64,000 nt of DNA. It comes from the human T2T-CHM13v2.0 reference genome, Homo sapiens. Position numbers and translations under genes: made by a program. How positions within the stretch are numbered: position 1 is the first letter of the stretch; each line of letters starts with the position of its first letter. Shown in pieces: positions 14,978 to 28,882 of this stretch. The DNA lies in assembly GCF_009914755.1 (NCBI RefSeq), contig NC_060931.1; one strand, written 5' to 3'. Below the pieces are notes generated by a model, which was not told where the DNA came from, made no database searches, and worked only from the letters and a program-made list of their open reading frames with translations.

Positions 14978-17129
14978 TTATTTTCTGTGATTTTTAACAA
15001 AAAGGAGGAAACTGTGTGGTACATTTACTAATTGCACATGTTGCATTACCAAGTACATACCTAATAAGTGAAAACTTCTATTTTGACCAAGTGTTTATGG
15101 AAACCAAGTCTTTTGCTGACAGTTTTTCATAAACTAGCTTCTGTCTCCATTAATTTCAGGTTTGTTTCTTCTCCACCACCTATATGCTTGTAGTGCAAGT
15201 CTCTGCATTCATATCATCGTTCAATCTCTAGCCCTGAACCTATGTATTAAGACTCCAAGTGAGTTGACAAAATAGTATAGGTTTTACTCCTTCTCTAATT
15301 GCTGCTACCTAACTACAGATGGAAGAGAATGTCAACCTCATATATACATAACCCATTAAATACACACTAAACATGTTCCCATCTCAACTTCTTTTTACCT
15401 GGTTCCCCAAAAATCCCCACAGCCACTCCCACAATATCTAATCCAAAGGGAAATATGAAGAGCAGAAATCTGAATGGAAAGAAACAGCAATATTAACCAA
15501 TTATACTTAAAATAATTTCTATAAAATTATACAATTAGATTGTTTTGAGCAATAGAATGCCAATAATAATTCATCTCCAAAGACAGTTCTATAGTAGAAG
15601 CAGAATGAAAATCTGCGTACAAAGATAATAAGGAACAATGTAAAATTCCTGACTACTAAATGTTGTTATTGTATTTTAAACTGATAATGGTGTTATCAAG
15701 TCTACATGGTATTTAAATGATCTTTTATGCCTTTAAATGTACTGTAAAGGTTTCCATTTAAAAAACATAGTTAAAATATTAAAAATTATATCGTTTTTAG
15801 CTTTTTTAACTTCTTATGAAATGTTTTAGATATTAATTTTAAAACATTTAAGGGGGAGATTTTTTAAATTATTTTAGGATGTATAGAAATAAAAATGTTT
15901 GAAGATCAATGCCCTAGATCCTCTAAGCTTTCTGCCTTTATCAAATTAATTCATCAGTAACCTGTAAACCTGGATAACCCTCTAGCTCCCTCATAGAAAT
16001 GACTTCACAGACTATGAGCTAACATATTACACTCTCCTTTCGTAGAACTAAAACACAAATTACCCCCTCCCTGACCTTTAAAAATTATTTTGAATGCATT
16101 TCACTATACCACTCAAGATCCCTGGAGGATATATACCTCTTAAAGTATATGGTAAGAAAAAGTTTGTTCATTGATACACAGGTATGATCTGTAACATATC
16201 ACAATTCCATTTTATCTTCTATGTCCTCAAAGTTCAGAGTTAAGTTTAGCACTCAGTTTACTTTCTCTTAGATTAGGTTTCCTAGCACATAATTATTCCT
16301 TGGCCACCTAGGTTGTTACTTGCATTAGACCTACTTTACTTATCTTAATGATTTTATGGTTTTATTGTACTTATGAGAGAGTGAGTAGATTGCTTGGTTC
16401 GTGTGACCTTTAACTCACCCATAAGCAAATAATACACAAACTAGTTTGGAAAATTCAGTTGAATTAAACAAATCATCAATGTGAAGCAAAAAGAAATAGG
16501 TTAGATGATGGTATTATTGACAGCTAGATACAATGCTTAGAATACCAGATTAGCAGTGTATTAATTAGATGGCCAGAAATTTAAATTATTAAAATTATTA
16601 CATTTTCCTCTTCTCATTGATAATCTTACTAATTATTCCTGTTTTGTGACCAAAACCTTAGGTATTAGGAATAGGACACATGGGAAAATCGCAGCTGTTT
16701 TCAAGAAAACAATAGCCACCTGGACACATATTATGGATTTAAAATAATTGTAATAATTATACAATGTATACATGCACTGCAATGTCATGTACCTTATATG
16801 CATATACAATTATTACGTGTCTAATATAAATAAAAAATTAATAAAAAAATTATGAGGCCAAATTTATAGTTAGCAGCCCAGTCTTAGTAAATAGAACAAG
16901 AAAGAAATCATGTAGGAAGTGACCATATGATAAAACAGCAAATAGTATTAAGTTCTAAAATATTTTGCAGGGCTACTTAAAATAATTAAATACCATCAAT
17001 ATTATATTTATAAAATACTACAAAATCCAGTTTAGGAAATGAATGCATTTGTGATAAGCCCTCTGGTAGTAGTTCATATAATGAATTGTTTCCCATTATT
17101 GAAAATATTTATTTAAATACATTATTTGT

Positions 17130-17445
17130 TGCTGGACACGGGCTTATCCCTGTTATCCCAGTACTTTGGGAGGCTGAGGTGAAGGATCACTTGAGGCCAG
17201 GAATTGGAGACCATACTGGGCAGCATATTGAGACGCTGTCTCTACAAAAAAATTTAAAAAATTAGCTGGGTATGTTGGTGCATACCTGTAGTTCCAGCTA
17301 CTCTGGAGGCTGAGGTGGGAGGATGCACTTGAGTCCGGGAGTTCAAGGTTACAGTGAGCTATGATCACACACGCCATTGTAGGTATTCCAGCCTGGGCAA
17401 CAGAGTAAGCCGAGACTATGTTTCAAAAATATAAATAAACAAATA
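17130..17445 (+). mobile_element. AluJ
   Basis: Diverged dimer. Confidence 0.88.
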
Positions 17446-17967
17446 CATACAGAAAGAGATATTTGTAAGAAAGAATAATCCACTCAGTGGACTCTGTTTA
17501 AAAATTTAATAAAAGAAGGAATTCAGTCTTGTGGGACTATATCTGTGGCATATCCATGAAGATTCCTTGTAGAAATTACAATCCCCACTTTTCATTTACT
17601 GGAGAACTTCACTAACATCTTACTAATTCTTTAAAACCACACAATAACAAAAACAATAGCCAAACACCACATTTTGCTACCCTTGTGTACCATCCTTATG
17701 GCAAAATGTAGCTCAAAAATCTCAATTATCATATAGAAGTATTCAATTTTTCCTCTATGCTAGGTAATGCACAGTCCAGTATACACGCTGTTTTAGACAG
17801 GTCCAGGGACTGTTGGCAGTGTCCCTTTTCAAGAATCACACAATGCTTGTAAAGAGGTTGCTCTTCAGTTTAAATACTCTCTTTGCTCTTTTTACCTTGA
17901 CAAAAAAATCCACCATGAAATTTTCCCTTGCAAAAAAATAATTTAAGATACATATTCGAAGGAGAGT

Positions 17968-18297
17968 TGGCTGGGTGTGGAGGCTCATATGCCTGTAATC
18001 CCAGCACTTGGGGAGATCAAGGCAAGGCAGATCACTTGAGCCCAGGAGTTCAAGACCAGCCTGGGGAATAAGATAAGACTCCATCTCTACAGAAAATATA
18101 AAAAATTAGCCAGGTGTGGTGGTGCACACCTGTAGTCCCAGCTACTTGGGTGACGGAGGTGGAAGGATCATTTGAGCCTGGCAAGTCAAGGCTGCAGTGA
18201 GCCATGATCATGCCACTATACCACTCCAGCTGGGCTTTAGAGTGAGACACTGTCAAAAACAAAGAAAAAGAGAAAGAGAAAAGAGAGAGAGAGAGAA
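17968..18297 (+). mobile_element. AluJ with (GA)n tail
   Basis: Dimer; flanking repeat ggagagtt. Confidence 0.9.
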
Positions 18298-18662
18298 ATG
18301 GAGAGTTCCCCATATCTTATTTTAAATGAGTCATACCTTTTTTAAGTCTTTCTTCTGTAATTCAACCAACTATGTTTGAATTGTAGCAGTGGACTATGTC
18401 TCTGCTACAAAAATGAAGTACCTTGTGTTACTCATCTATTTCTGGAAAGGTATGTTCAAAATCAGAATTTCATGGTAAAACATCCTCTGTCCACTCATTG
18501 TCCTGGGTAGTTCAATGACACCTTATTTCAAAATATTCAATGCCCAATTAACTGGAACCAGGAAAAATTATCCATATTAGCACTAGGGAATGAACAAAAC
18601 TTATTCGCTGTTTTGTCATTTTGCCCTCCCTAGTATAAATTCTTGTTGATTGAGTTTAGTGA

Positions 18663-19115
<453 letters not shown>

Positions 19116-19299
19116 TGAAGCATCATTTTATTTAGCTCCTTTCTGGGGAATCTGCAAGTATAATTCTTAAAATCACAAATTCTCCTTGGCTTTAAAATCA
19201 GGGGTAATTATCTGTTGAGGCATAGGCCATGGATCGGAGATAATAGGCTCAACCACTTTACTAATGAAGAAAGAGACATGCAGATGAGTTGTCATTTAC

Positions 19300-19485
19300 C
19301 TTTTTTTTTTTTTTTTAAGAGATGAGGTACTGCTATGTTGCCCAGGCTGGAGTGCAGTAGCTCTAGTGGCTATTCACAGGCATGGTCATAACACACTGCA
19401 GCTTCATATTTCTGGCCTCAAGCCATTATCCCACCTCAGCCTCCTGAGTAGCTGGGACTACAGGTGTGCCCCATCACACTCAGCT
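19300..19485 (-). mobile_element. FAM (fossil Alu monomer)
   Basis: Monomer with gtggctattcacaggc segment and poly-T tail. Confidence 0.85.
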
Positions 19486-19630
19486 CAGAAACCCAACTTA
19501 AACTAGCTAACTTAAAATGGAAATGTATTGGCTCAAATAATTCAGAATGACAAAGCTATTGCTATTAATCCAGGTTCAAACAATGTCATCAAGTTCTCTT
19601 TTCTTGACTCTATTTCTCTTTGTATGTTGG

Positions 19631-20230
19631 TGTAAGGGCCAAGGGAAAGTTTCCCCTCTGCCCTCTAAAGATTTGCTGAAAATGAACTGACAACAGGTAG
19701 ATTCATAGAAAAATAGATGCAAATTTATGTAACATGCTTATGCACGGAGGTATTGCAAGAACATGATTATCCAACAACCCAATGAGGTTCAGATGCTTAT
19801 ATACCCTTCTTCATAGAAGAAAAGAAGATGTGGAAAATGTGGCCATTTTGAGGCATAATTATTTTTAGGGGGAATGAATGGGTCCATTGCACAGAAAATG
19901 TTTAGTAAATAGGTCTCTAAGAATTGAATGGGACCAGAGAACACTATGCGGGCTCTGGGTGTGACATAGCCCAATGTGGGCTCTTCCTCTGTGATATAAT
20001 AATCTTCTCTGGTTAATGAAATTTGGAGGAAAGGATCAATGGCAATTATGTTCCTCTTTGGTGGGTCCAGTTTCTAGGTAGAAAAGAAATCCAGAGAACA
20101 GCCTCACCCTGTGCTTTCGGAGAGATAGAGGATTAAGAAGTGGGGAAAGTCAGAGAGACCTGAGACTGCTTCTTTGGTTCGGTGTGTCAAATCTCCATAT
20201 TTCGGGGTATCATTTCCTGAGCCCAAACTT
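19631..20230 (-). mobile_element. MER34/MER39-like ERV1 solo LTR
   Basis: Minus strand begins GGGCTCAGGAAATGATACCCCGAAATATGG; other end agggccaagggaaagtttcccct. Confidence 0.7.
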
Positions 20231-20975
20231 TGGTATCATGCTAAAGAGAGTCTTTCTCTTTGTTGCAGAGATCATGGTTAATGGTGGCCCCAGAGTATAT
20301 CTTTCCAGCATTGTGAGTTCACATTAAAGACGAACTTACCCCATTAATTTTTTGCTTGGGATGGGTTATACTCCAATTCTAAAGCAAGACCAAGGACATT
20401 ACTCAAGTCATAAGCCTACTGCTGTTGGCAGAGAAAACAAAACCAGAAGAAGGAAAAAGGAAGGAAAGCTTATTAGTCAAACAAAAGTATCAGCTCTGAG
20501 AGAGACTAGAAAGCAAATTATAATCATCATAAAACTCACTGAAATGGCTACAAATTTAGGAGTGTATAAAATGGACCTGTTTTTACAAAGGATTCATTGA
20601 GCAAGGGTTGGGTGCTAGAAGCCAGTTTGTCACAGGGCCTGCTCTGCTGCGGAACATAAATCAAAACAAAATCACTAGACCAAGCACATAGTTAGGCTAC
20701 ATGATTAACTCTATTGTCTGCACTCAAGAGTCAGTGGAGTCTCCAGGGGTCTTAAGCTTTCCTAGAAATTTGAGGAGTACCATCCCCCTAATTTTTCAAA
20801 TATTCCCATCTTTATCTAGAAGGCTATAAGATTTGTGAGATGTTTGGAGTTCCACAGATCCTCTAGGGAGATTCAGTATATCTGATGGAATCTTGAAGAA
20901 CCATGGAATTTTCTGGATGTTGGCCAACTTAAAACTGTAGACTAGATATCCTCAATGTTCGTTAACTGCACTACA

Positions 20976-21474
20976 GCAGTGGTTCTTAAAATGTGGGCCC
21001 CAACCACCAGTGTCAATAACACCTGGGAAGTCTTTAGAAATCTAAATTCTCAGGCCTGTACTCCAATTCTACTGAAACTCTAGGCCCTCAGCCAGCACGA
21101 TGGCTCACACCTGTAATTCTAGCACTTTGGGAGGCCGAGGACGGCAGATCATTTGAGCCCAGGAGTTTGAGACTAGCCTGGGCAACCTGGTGAGACCTCA
21201 TCTCTACCAAATATACAAAAATTAGCAGGGTGTGGTGGCATGTGCCTGTAGTCCCAGCTACTCAGGAGGCTGAGGTAGGAGGATCACCTGTGCCTGGGAG
21301 GCAAAGGCTGCAGTGAGACATGATCACACCACTGCATTCCAGTCTGGGTGACAGAGTGAGACGCTGTTTCAAAAACAAACAAACAAACAAAAAACTGTAC
21401 AGGTGGGGCCTAGCATCTGTGTTTTAGCGAACCCTCCAGGTGATTCTAATGCAACTAAAATTTGAGAACCACTG
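20976..21474. mobile_element. MER5A-like hAT element split by an AluJ (~21090-21393, +)
   Basis: Inverted termini cagtggttct / agaaccactg; Alu dimer inside. Confidence 0.8.
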
Positions 21475-22080
21475 ACCTAGAAGTAGATTGGAAATGAAGC
21501 TTACCAGCCAGATTCTTAAAACATCCTTGGTAGTAGTTCACATTATTTATCCACTAGAAGAAAGTGGACTAACTAGAGCTTTAGATAACTCCCAACCAAC
21601 TTCATGAAGAATGATAATGGCTTTAATGTAGATTATACTGTTAGCTGGTCATTTATTCCATAAATAAATGGAATATATAATTATATGGAAACAAAGTGTT
21701 TTGGTGGGTTTTTCCCTTTTTCATCTATTTTGTATAAAGAGACTATTTTTACTATCCAATTTAACAGCTGTAATACATTCTGATTTATATAATGCAAAGT
21801 AAAATTGCCATAATTCCATTTCATTAAAAACACAGCTTGTATGGTAATGCTAAAATGATCAATATCATGTAATATCCTGCATAACACAAATATAGGAATG
21901 CACCCAAAAGTTAGAGCTTGGATAGTAACCATCGCAGTTTTAGATAACAGAATGTACATTAAACAATGTAATTGTGATTATGTATTATTTGTAATAAATG
22001 TAAAAAGTCAATTACACCCTTGCTCTGATAGAGAAGTAAAGTTAAAATTGAGATGTTGAAGTTGGTAAAGAAGTGTTGGA

Positions 22081-22368
22081 GCCAGGCGCGGTGGCTCACG
22101 CCTGTAATCCAGGCATTCTGGGAGGCCGAGGCAGGCGGATCAAGAGGTCACGAGATCGAGACCATCCTGGCTAACACGGTGAAACCCTGTCTCTACTAAA
22201 AATATAAAAAATTAGCCGGGCGTGGTGGTGGGCGCCTGTAGTCCCAGCTACTCGGCAGGAGAATGGCGTGAACCTGGGAGGCGGAGCTTGCAGTGAGCCG
22301 AGATTGGGCCACTGCACTCCAGTCTGGGTGACAGAGCGAGACTCCATCTCAAAAAATAAAAATAAAAA
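22081..22368 (+). mobile_element. AluY with ~10-nt deletion in right arm
   Basis: Y diagnostics (ggctaacacggtgaaac, gagcttgcag); TSD aagaagt(g/a)ttgg. Confidence 0.92.
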
Positions 22369-22837
22369 TAAGAAGTATTGGGAAGCTACTCTTGGTGGTC
22401 TCTAAGAACTAACATTTATAGAGCACTTATATGTGCCAGATGTGTTATGAGCTTAGACAAACATTAACTCAGTGGAGCATTAAAACATTACTATAAGGTA
22501 AGTATTTTTATTAACTTGCTCCACTTTGAAGAGGAAACAGACTTAGAACAACTCTTTGAAGAAAATGTAGTGGGTAATCATGATCTTGGACTAAGCAATG
22601 ATTTCTTAAATATGTCAGAAGCACAGCCAATTAGAGAAATAATAGCTAAATTGGACAAAATTTAAAACTCCTGTGCTACAAAGGACACCATTTTGTAATC
22701 CCTCCCGAGTAGCTGGGATTACAGCTATGTAATGGGAGAAAACATTTATCTGATAAGAGTCTTGTATTTAGAATATATAAAGAACTCTTACAACTCAATA
22801 ATGAAAAGATTAATAACCCACTTAAGAACTGGGCAGT

Positions 22838-23005
22838 AGCTGGGTACGGTGGCGTATGCCTGCAGTCCCAGCTACTCAAGAGTCTGAGGCAGGAGGATTG
22901 CTTGAGTCCAAGAGGTCAGGACTGTAGTATGCTATGATTATGCCTGTGAATAGCCACTGCAAGCCAGCCTGAGCAAACATAGTGAGATATCATCTCTTAA
23001 AAAAA
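22838..23005 (+). mobile_element. FAM (fossil Alu monomer)
   Basis: gcctgtgaatagccactgc diagnostic segment; A tail. Confidence 0.85.
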
Positions 23006-23007
23006 GA

Positions 23008-23010
<3 letters not shown>

Positions 23011-23055
<45 letters not shown>

Positions 23056-23074
23056 AAGAGAGAGTGTGTGTGTG

Positions 23075-23075
<1 letters not shown>
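23011..23075. repeat. Compound (TG)n(AG)n(TG)n microsatellite
   Basis: Directly visible; sits where the RPL31 retrocopy tail is expected. Confidence 0.95.
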
Positions 23076-23834
<759 letters not shown>

Positions 23835-24116
23835 TGAAGAGACATTTATCCATAAAAAGTATACAAATGGCCAACAAACACATGAAAAGATGCTCAATAT
23901 CATTAGTCATCAAAGAAAAGCAAATCAAAACCGCAATGAGATATCACTTCACACCTACTAGAACGGCTAAAATCAAAGACAGAAAACAAGTATTGGTAAG
24001 GATGTGGAGGCATTGGAACCCTCATATACTGCTGATGGGAATTTAAAATGGGGCAGCCACTTTGGAAAATAGTGTGGCAATTAGTTCTTCAAACAATTTA
24101 ACATAGAGTCACCATA

Positions 24117-24452
24117 TGATATGGTTTGGGTCTGTGTCCCCACCCAAATCTCATCTTGAATTTTACTCCCACAATTCCCACGTGTTTGGGGAGGGAATCA
24201 TGGGGGCAGTTTCCCCCATACTGTTCTCATGGTAGTGAGTATGTCTCACAAGATCTGATGGTTTTATCAGGGGTTTTCGCTTTTGCGTCTTCCTCATTTT
24301 CTCTTGCCGCCTCCATGTAAGTAGTGCCTTTCACCTCCCGCCATGATTCTGAGGCCTCCCCAGTTATGTGAAACTGTAAGTCCAATTAAACCCCTTTTTT
24401 CTTCCCAGTCTTGGGTATGTCTTTATCAGCAGCATGAAAATGGACTAATATA
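24117..24452 (+). mobile_element. THE1 (THE1B-like) MaLR solo LTR
   Basis: TGATATGGTTTGG...GGACTAATA(T)A; 5-bp TSD ccata. Confidence 0.9.
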
Positions 24453-24557
24453 CCATATAACCTGGCAATCCCACTCCTAGGTATAAACTCAAGAGAAAGA
24501 AAATATATGTCCACTAAAACACTAGTGCACAAATGTTCATAGCAGCATTATTCATAT

Positions 24558-25239
24558 TGTAATCACCCAATGGGTTCACCTTGCCCACTGCCTAGACAGA
24601 CTCAATTTATCAAGACAGATAGAGAAAGAGTAATACACACAAAGCCAGCTATGCAGGAGACCAGAGTTTTATTATTACTCAAATCAGTCTCCCGAAGCAT
24701 TTGGGAATCAAAGTTTTTAAAGATAATTTGGTGGGTGGGGGAAGGACAGTGATTTGAGAGCGCTGATTTGTTGGGTCAGAGATGAAATCATGGGAAGCTG
24801 AAGTTGTCCTCTGGTACTGAGTCAATTCTTAGGTGAGGGCCACAAGATCAGATGAGCCAGTTTATCAATCTGGGTGGTGCCAAGTGATCCATCAAGTGCA
24901 GGGTCTGCAAAATATCTCAAGCACTGATCTTAGGAGCAGTTTAGGGAAGGTCAGAATCTTGTAACCTCCAGCTGCATGTCTCCTAAGCCATAATTTCTAA
25001 TCTTGTGGCAAATTTGTTAGTCCTATAAAGGCAGTCTAGTCCCCAGGCAAGAAGGAGGTTTGTTTTAGGAAAGGACTATTATCGTCTTAGTTTTAAACTA
25101 TAAACTAAGTTCCTCCCGAAGTTAGTTCAGCCTACACCCAGGAAGGAACAAGGACAGCTTAAACGTTAAAAGCAAGATGGAGTCAATTAGGTTAGGTCTC
25201 TTTCACTGTCTCAGTCATAATTTTGCAAAGGCAGTTTCA
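24558..25239 (-). mobile_element. LTR8-like ERV1 solo LTR
   Basis: Minus strand TGAAACTGCCTTTGCAAAATTATGACTGAGACAGTGAAA...GATTACA. Confidence 0.85.
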
Positions 25240-25377
25240 ATAATAGCCAAAAGGTGGAAATATCCCAAATGTTACCAACTGATGAATGGAAAAACAAAAT
25301 GTGTTATATCTATAATATGAACTATCATTCAAATGTATTTCTTCATAAAAAAGAGTGAAGTTCTGATGCATGCCTGC

Positions 25378-26519
25378 AAAGGAAAAAAACAAATTGTTTT
25401 TTCCCTCTACTCACACACTTAACACAGAACACTTCTGTGACCAGATGTGTGGGTACCCTATATCTCAATTCACTTCTGATTACCTGGAGGTAGTGTCAGA
25501 TCCCACAGATTCAGAACTCAGTCCCACATGACTACCCCCATTTCAGATGCCAATCACATGTAATAGACGTAACTACACTTCTGATGAATAGGCTATAAAT
25601 CAGGGTTCTTACAACACTTTCTTGGGTTTGATTAATTTTCTAGCTGATACGGTTTAGATATTTCTCCTCACCAAATCTCATGTTAAAAATGTGATCCACA
25701 ATGTTGGAGGTGGGGCATAATAGAAGGTGTTTGGCTCATGGGGGTAGATTCCTCATGAATGGCTTGGTGCCCTCCCCATGGTAATGAGTTACTATGAGTT
25801 CGGATTGTTAGAAAGAATCTGAGACCTTCCCCCTCTCTGTCTTGCTCCCTCTCACACCATGTGACACACCTGCTCCCCCTCCCCCTTCTGCCATGAGTAA
25901 AGGCTTCCTGAGGTCTCACCAGAAACCAAACATTTACTGGTGCCATGCTTACACAGCCTACAAACCATGAGCCAAATAAACCTCTTTTCTTTATGAATTA
26001 CCCAGTCTCAGGAATTCCTTCATAGCAATGCAAAATGGACTAATACCGTAGGGCAGCTCACAGAACTCAGGGAAACACACTTACCAGTTTATTATAAAGG
26101 ATATGATGAAGGATGCAGATTAACAGCCAGATGAAGAGATGGATAGGATAAGATTGAGAGTCGGAACGCAGAGCTTCCATGCCCTCTTTGGGCATGACAC
26201 TCTTCCAGCACCTCCGTGTGTTCAGCAACTCAGAAGCTCATCAAATCTTATTGTTCAAGGGTTTTTATAGAGTTTATCTATAGGCACTCTCCCTCCCAAG
26301 CACACTTCCCAGAGATCAGTGGGTGGGGCTGAAAGTTCTAACCCTCTAATCACTGGGTCTTTATGGTGACCATTCCCATTCTGAGGTTATCTAGGGATGG
26401 CCACTCTAAGTTTAGCATAAACTCAGGAGTGGTCAAAAGGGGCTAATAATGAATAACAGAAAGACATGCTCTTGTGCCAGGAATTAAGGACAAAGACCAA
26501 ATGTATTTCATATTTTACA
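25378..26519 (-). mobile_element. MER21-like solo LTR, copy 3 (interrupted by MST)
   Basis: Same blocks as copies 1, 2 and 4. Confidence 0.75.
25645..26048 (+). mobile_element. MST-type MaLR solo LTR
   Basis: TGATACGGTTTAGATATTT...ccaaatctcatgtt...aataaacctcttttc...ggactaatac. Confidence 0.85.
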
Positions 26520-26685
26520 GTAATGCTGTACCATGGATAAACCTTAAAACATTATCTTAAGAAAAAGGAGTCAGTCACAAAAGACCACATATTTTATAAT
26601 TCTATTTATAAGAAACACTCAGAGTAGACAAATCTATATAGATGAAAAGTAAATTAGTGATTGGCTAGAACAGGGTGATGGCTAA

Positions 26686-27033
<348 letters not shown>

Positions 27034-27589
27034 TGGGGTGATGAAATGTTCTAAAATTTATTGTAGTAGTGTTATACAAATCTGTGAATATGCTAAGAAT
27101 CATTAAATTTTTTAATTTTCAAATTATTTTAATTTTTAAATTTTAAAAGTTTAAATGTGTAAATTGTATATGAGTTATATCTTAATAAAGCTATTGTTTC
27201 AAAAAACAGGGAGAGAGAGAATGATTACAATTCTTGGGAGAGTGGAGATTTAGAATAGCTATCGGGGTTAATGTGATAGGAATTGGTCAAAGATAAACTA
27301 CTTCTATCCAATGATGAGAAACTGATTAAAATTAGATTACCTGCATGTGTGGAGTGTCAAGGCAGCAGCAGCAGCAGAGTTCTGTAGCCTTCATCTCAGG
27401 GTCTGGAGGGCAGGGAGAATGAACAGGCTGGAGGGCTTGCACAAAGAACAAGGTTGGGGTTTAGACCTAGGCCACCATATGCCTTTTGTGGGTTCTTTTC
27501 CTCTTCTCTGACCAGTCCCTTATACTTTACTTTCTGCAGCCAATCTTCTTCCTGGGTCCATTTCCACATGCTGTGTCCTTAAGGGCTCC

Positions 27590-27830
27590 ACATGTCAGCC
27601 CTCTACTTTTCTCTCTCCATGCTCTCCCTTGGTGAGCATACACACGTTCTCATTTTCTGATGAGTCCAAATTACATGTCTCTAGCTCAGACCTCTCCTAA
27701 GCATCAGATGCAGTTACTCAGCTACCCACTGGACATTTCCACCTGATTATCCCACACACATTTCAAATGTAAATACCCAACGTTGCTCCTTCTCTATCTA
27801 ACTTATCTTCCTCTACTTCCTATTTTGGAA
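27590..27830 (+). mobile_element. L2 fragment
   Basis: ctctagctcagacctctcc...ctggacatttccacctg matches the L2 3' region. Confidence 0.6.
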
Positions 27831-27894
27831 AATAGAAAGACTTCGAGGGTGAGCGTAATTTTGCACACAGTAGAATAGGTATTTCATAGAGCCC

Positions 27895-28470
27895 CGTCAA
27901 ATAAAAATTCTAGGAAACCATTGTTTTGGACTAAGATTCTGCATTTTAGACCAGACTAAAAATCAAAATGAAGTCACCCATGCTAAAAGTTCCACATCAC
28001 CAAACCCAAACTAAGTTATTATCTGACTTTCTAAGAAATTAGGAGAAAGAAATAACAGCCAATTTCCCAAACAGATCAGTTTAAATCTTCAACTGGCATG
28101 ATAATGAAATTTCCTTTGCACTAAAAAGGTATCCTGGGCAGAGGTGGGACGATCCTTGAGCCCAGGAGTTCAAGACCAGCCCTGGCAATGCAGCAAGACC
28201 CCACCTCTAAACATTAATTAATTATTTATAAAAGAGGCTGAAATAACCTAATGTTAACTAGTTATTTTCCTATTATTCTAAGAGTAATTAACATACTCTT
28301 TGTTCTTTGCTTCTGCTTTCTTCAGCCCTTCTCTATGAAGCCAAACTCTTCTGCTCAGCTCATTGGAATACATTATATTTTATAGAATGAAGTGTTGCTC
28401 TATTTTAGAACCACAAATAAAGCCAACTGAGATTTTTACACTACATTTGTTGGAATTTTGTCCTTTGACA
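27895..28470 (+). mobile_element. ERV1-type solo LTR (family uncertain) containing an Alu monomer fragment (~28135-28210)
   Basis: caaaatgaagtcacccatgcta motif, ataaagccaa, ends ttgtcctttgaCA. Confidence 0.55.
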
Positions 28471-28519
28471 GCTCCATGAAATGAGATGGTTGATAGAGGC
28501 AAAGAGAACCAGGTAGTAA

Positions 28520-28882
<363 letters not shown>

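Noticed and set aside
16750-16816. Imperfect AT-rich inverted repeat (gtaataatt...aattattac)
   Set aside because: Low complexity with several mismatches; most likely chance or a decayed MITE, no support as an RNA gene
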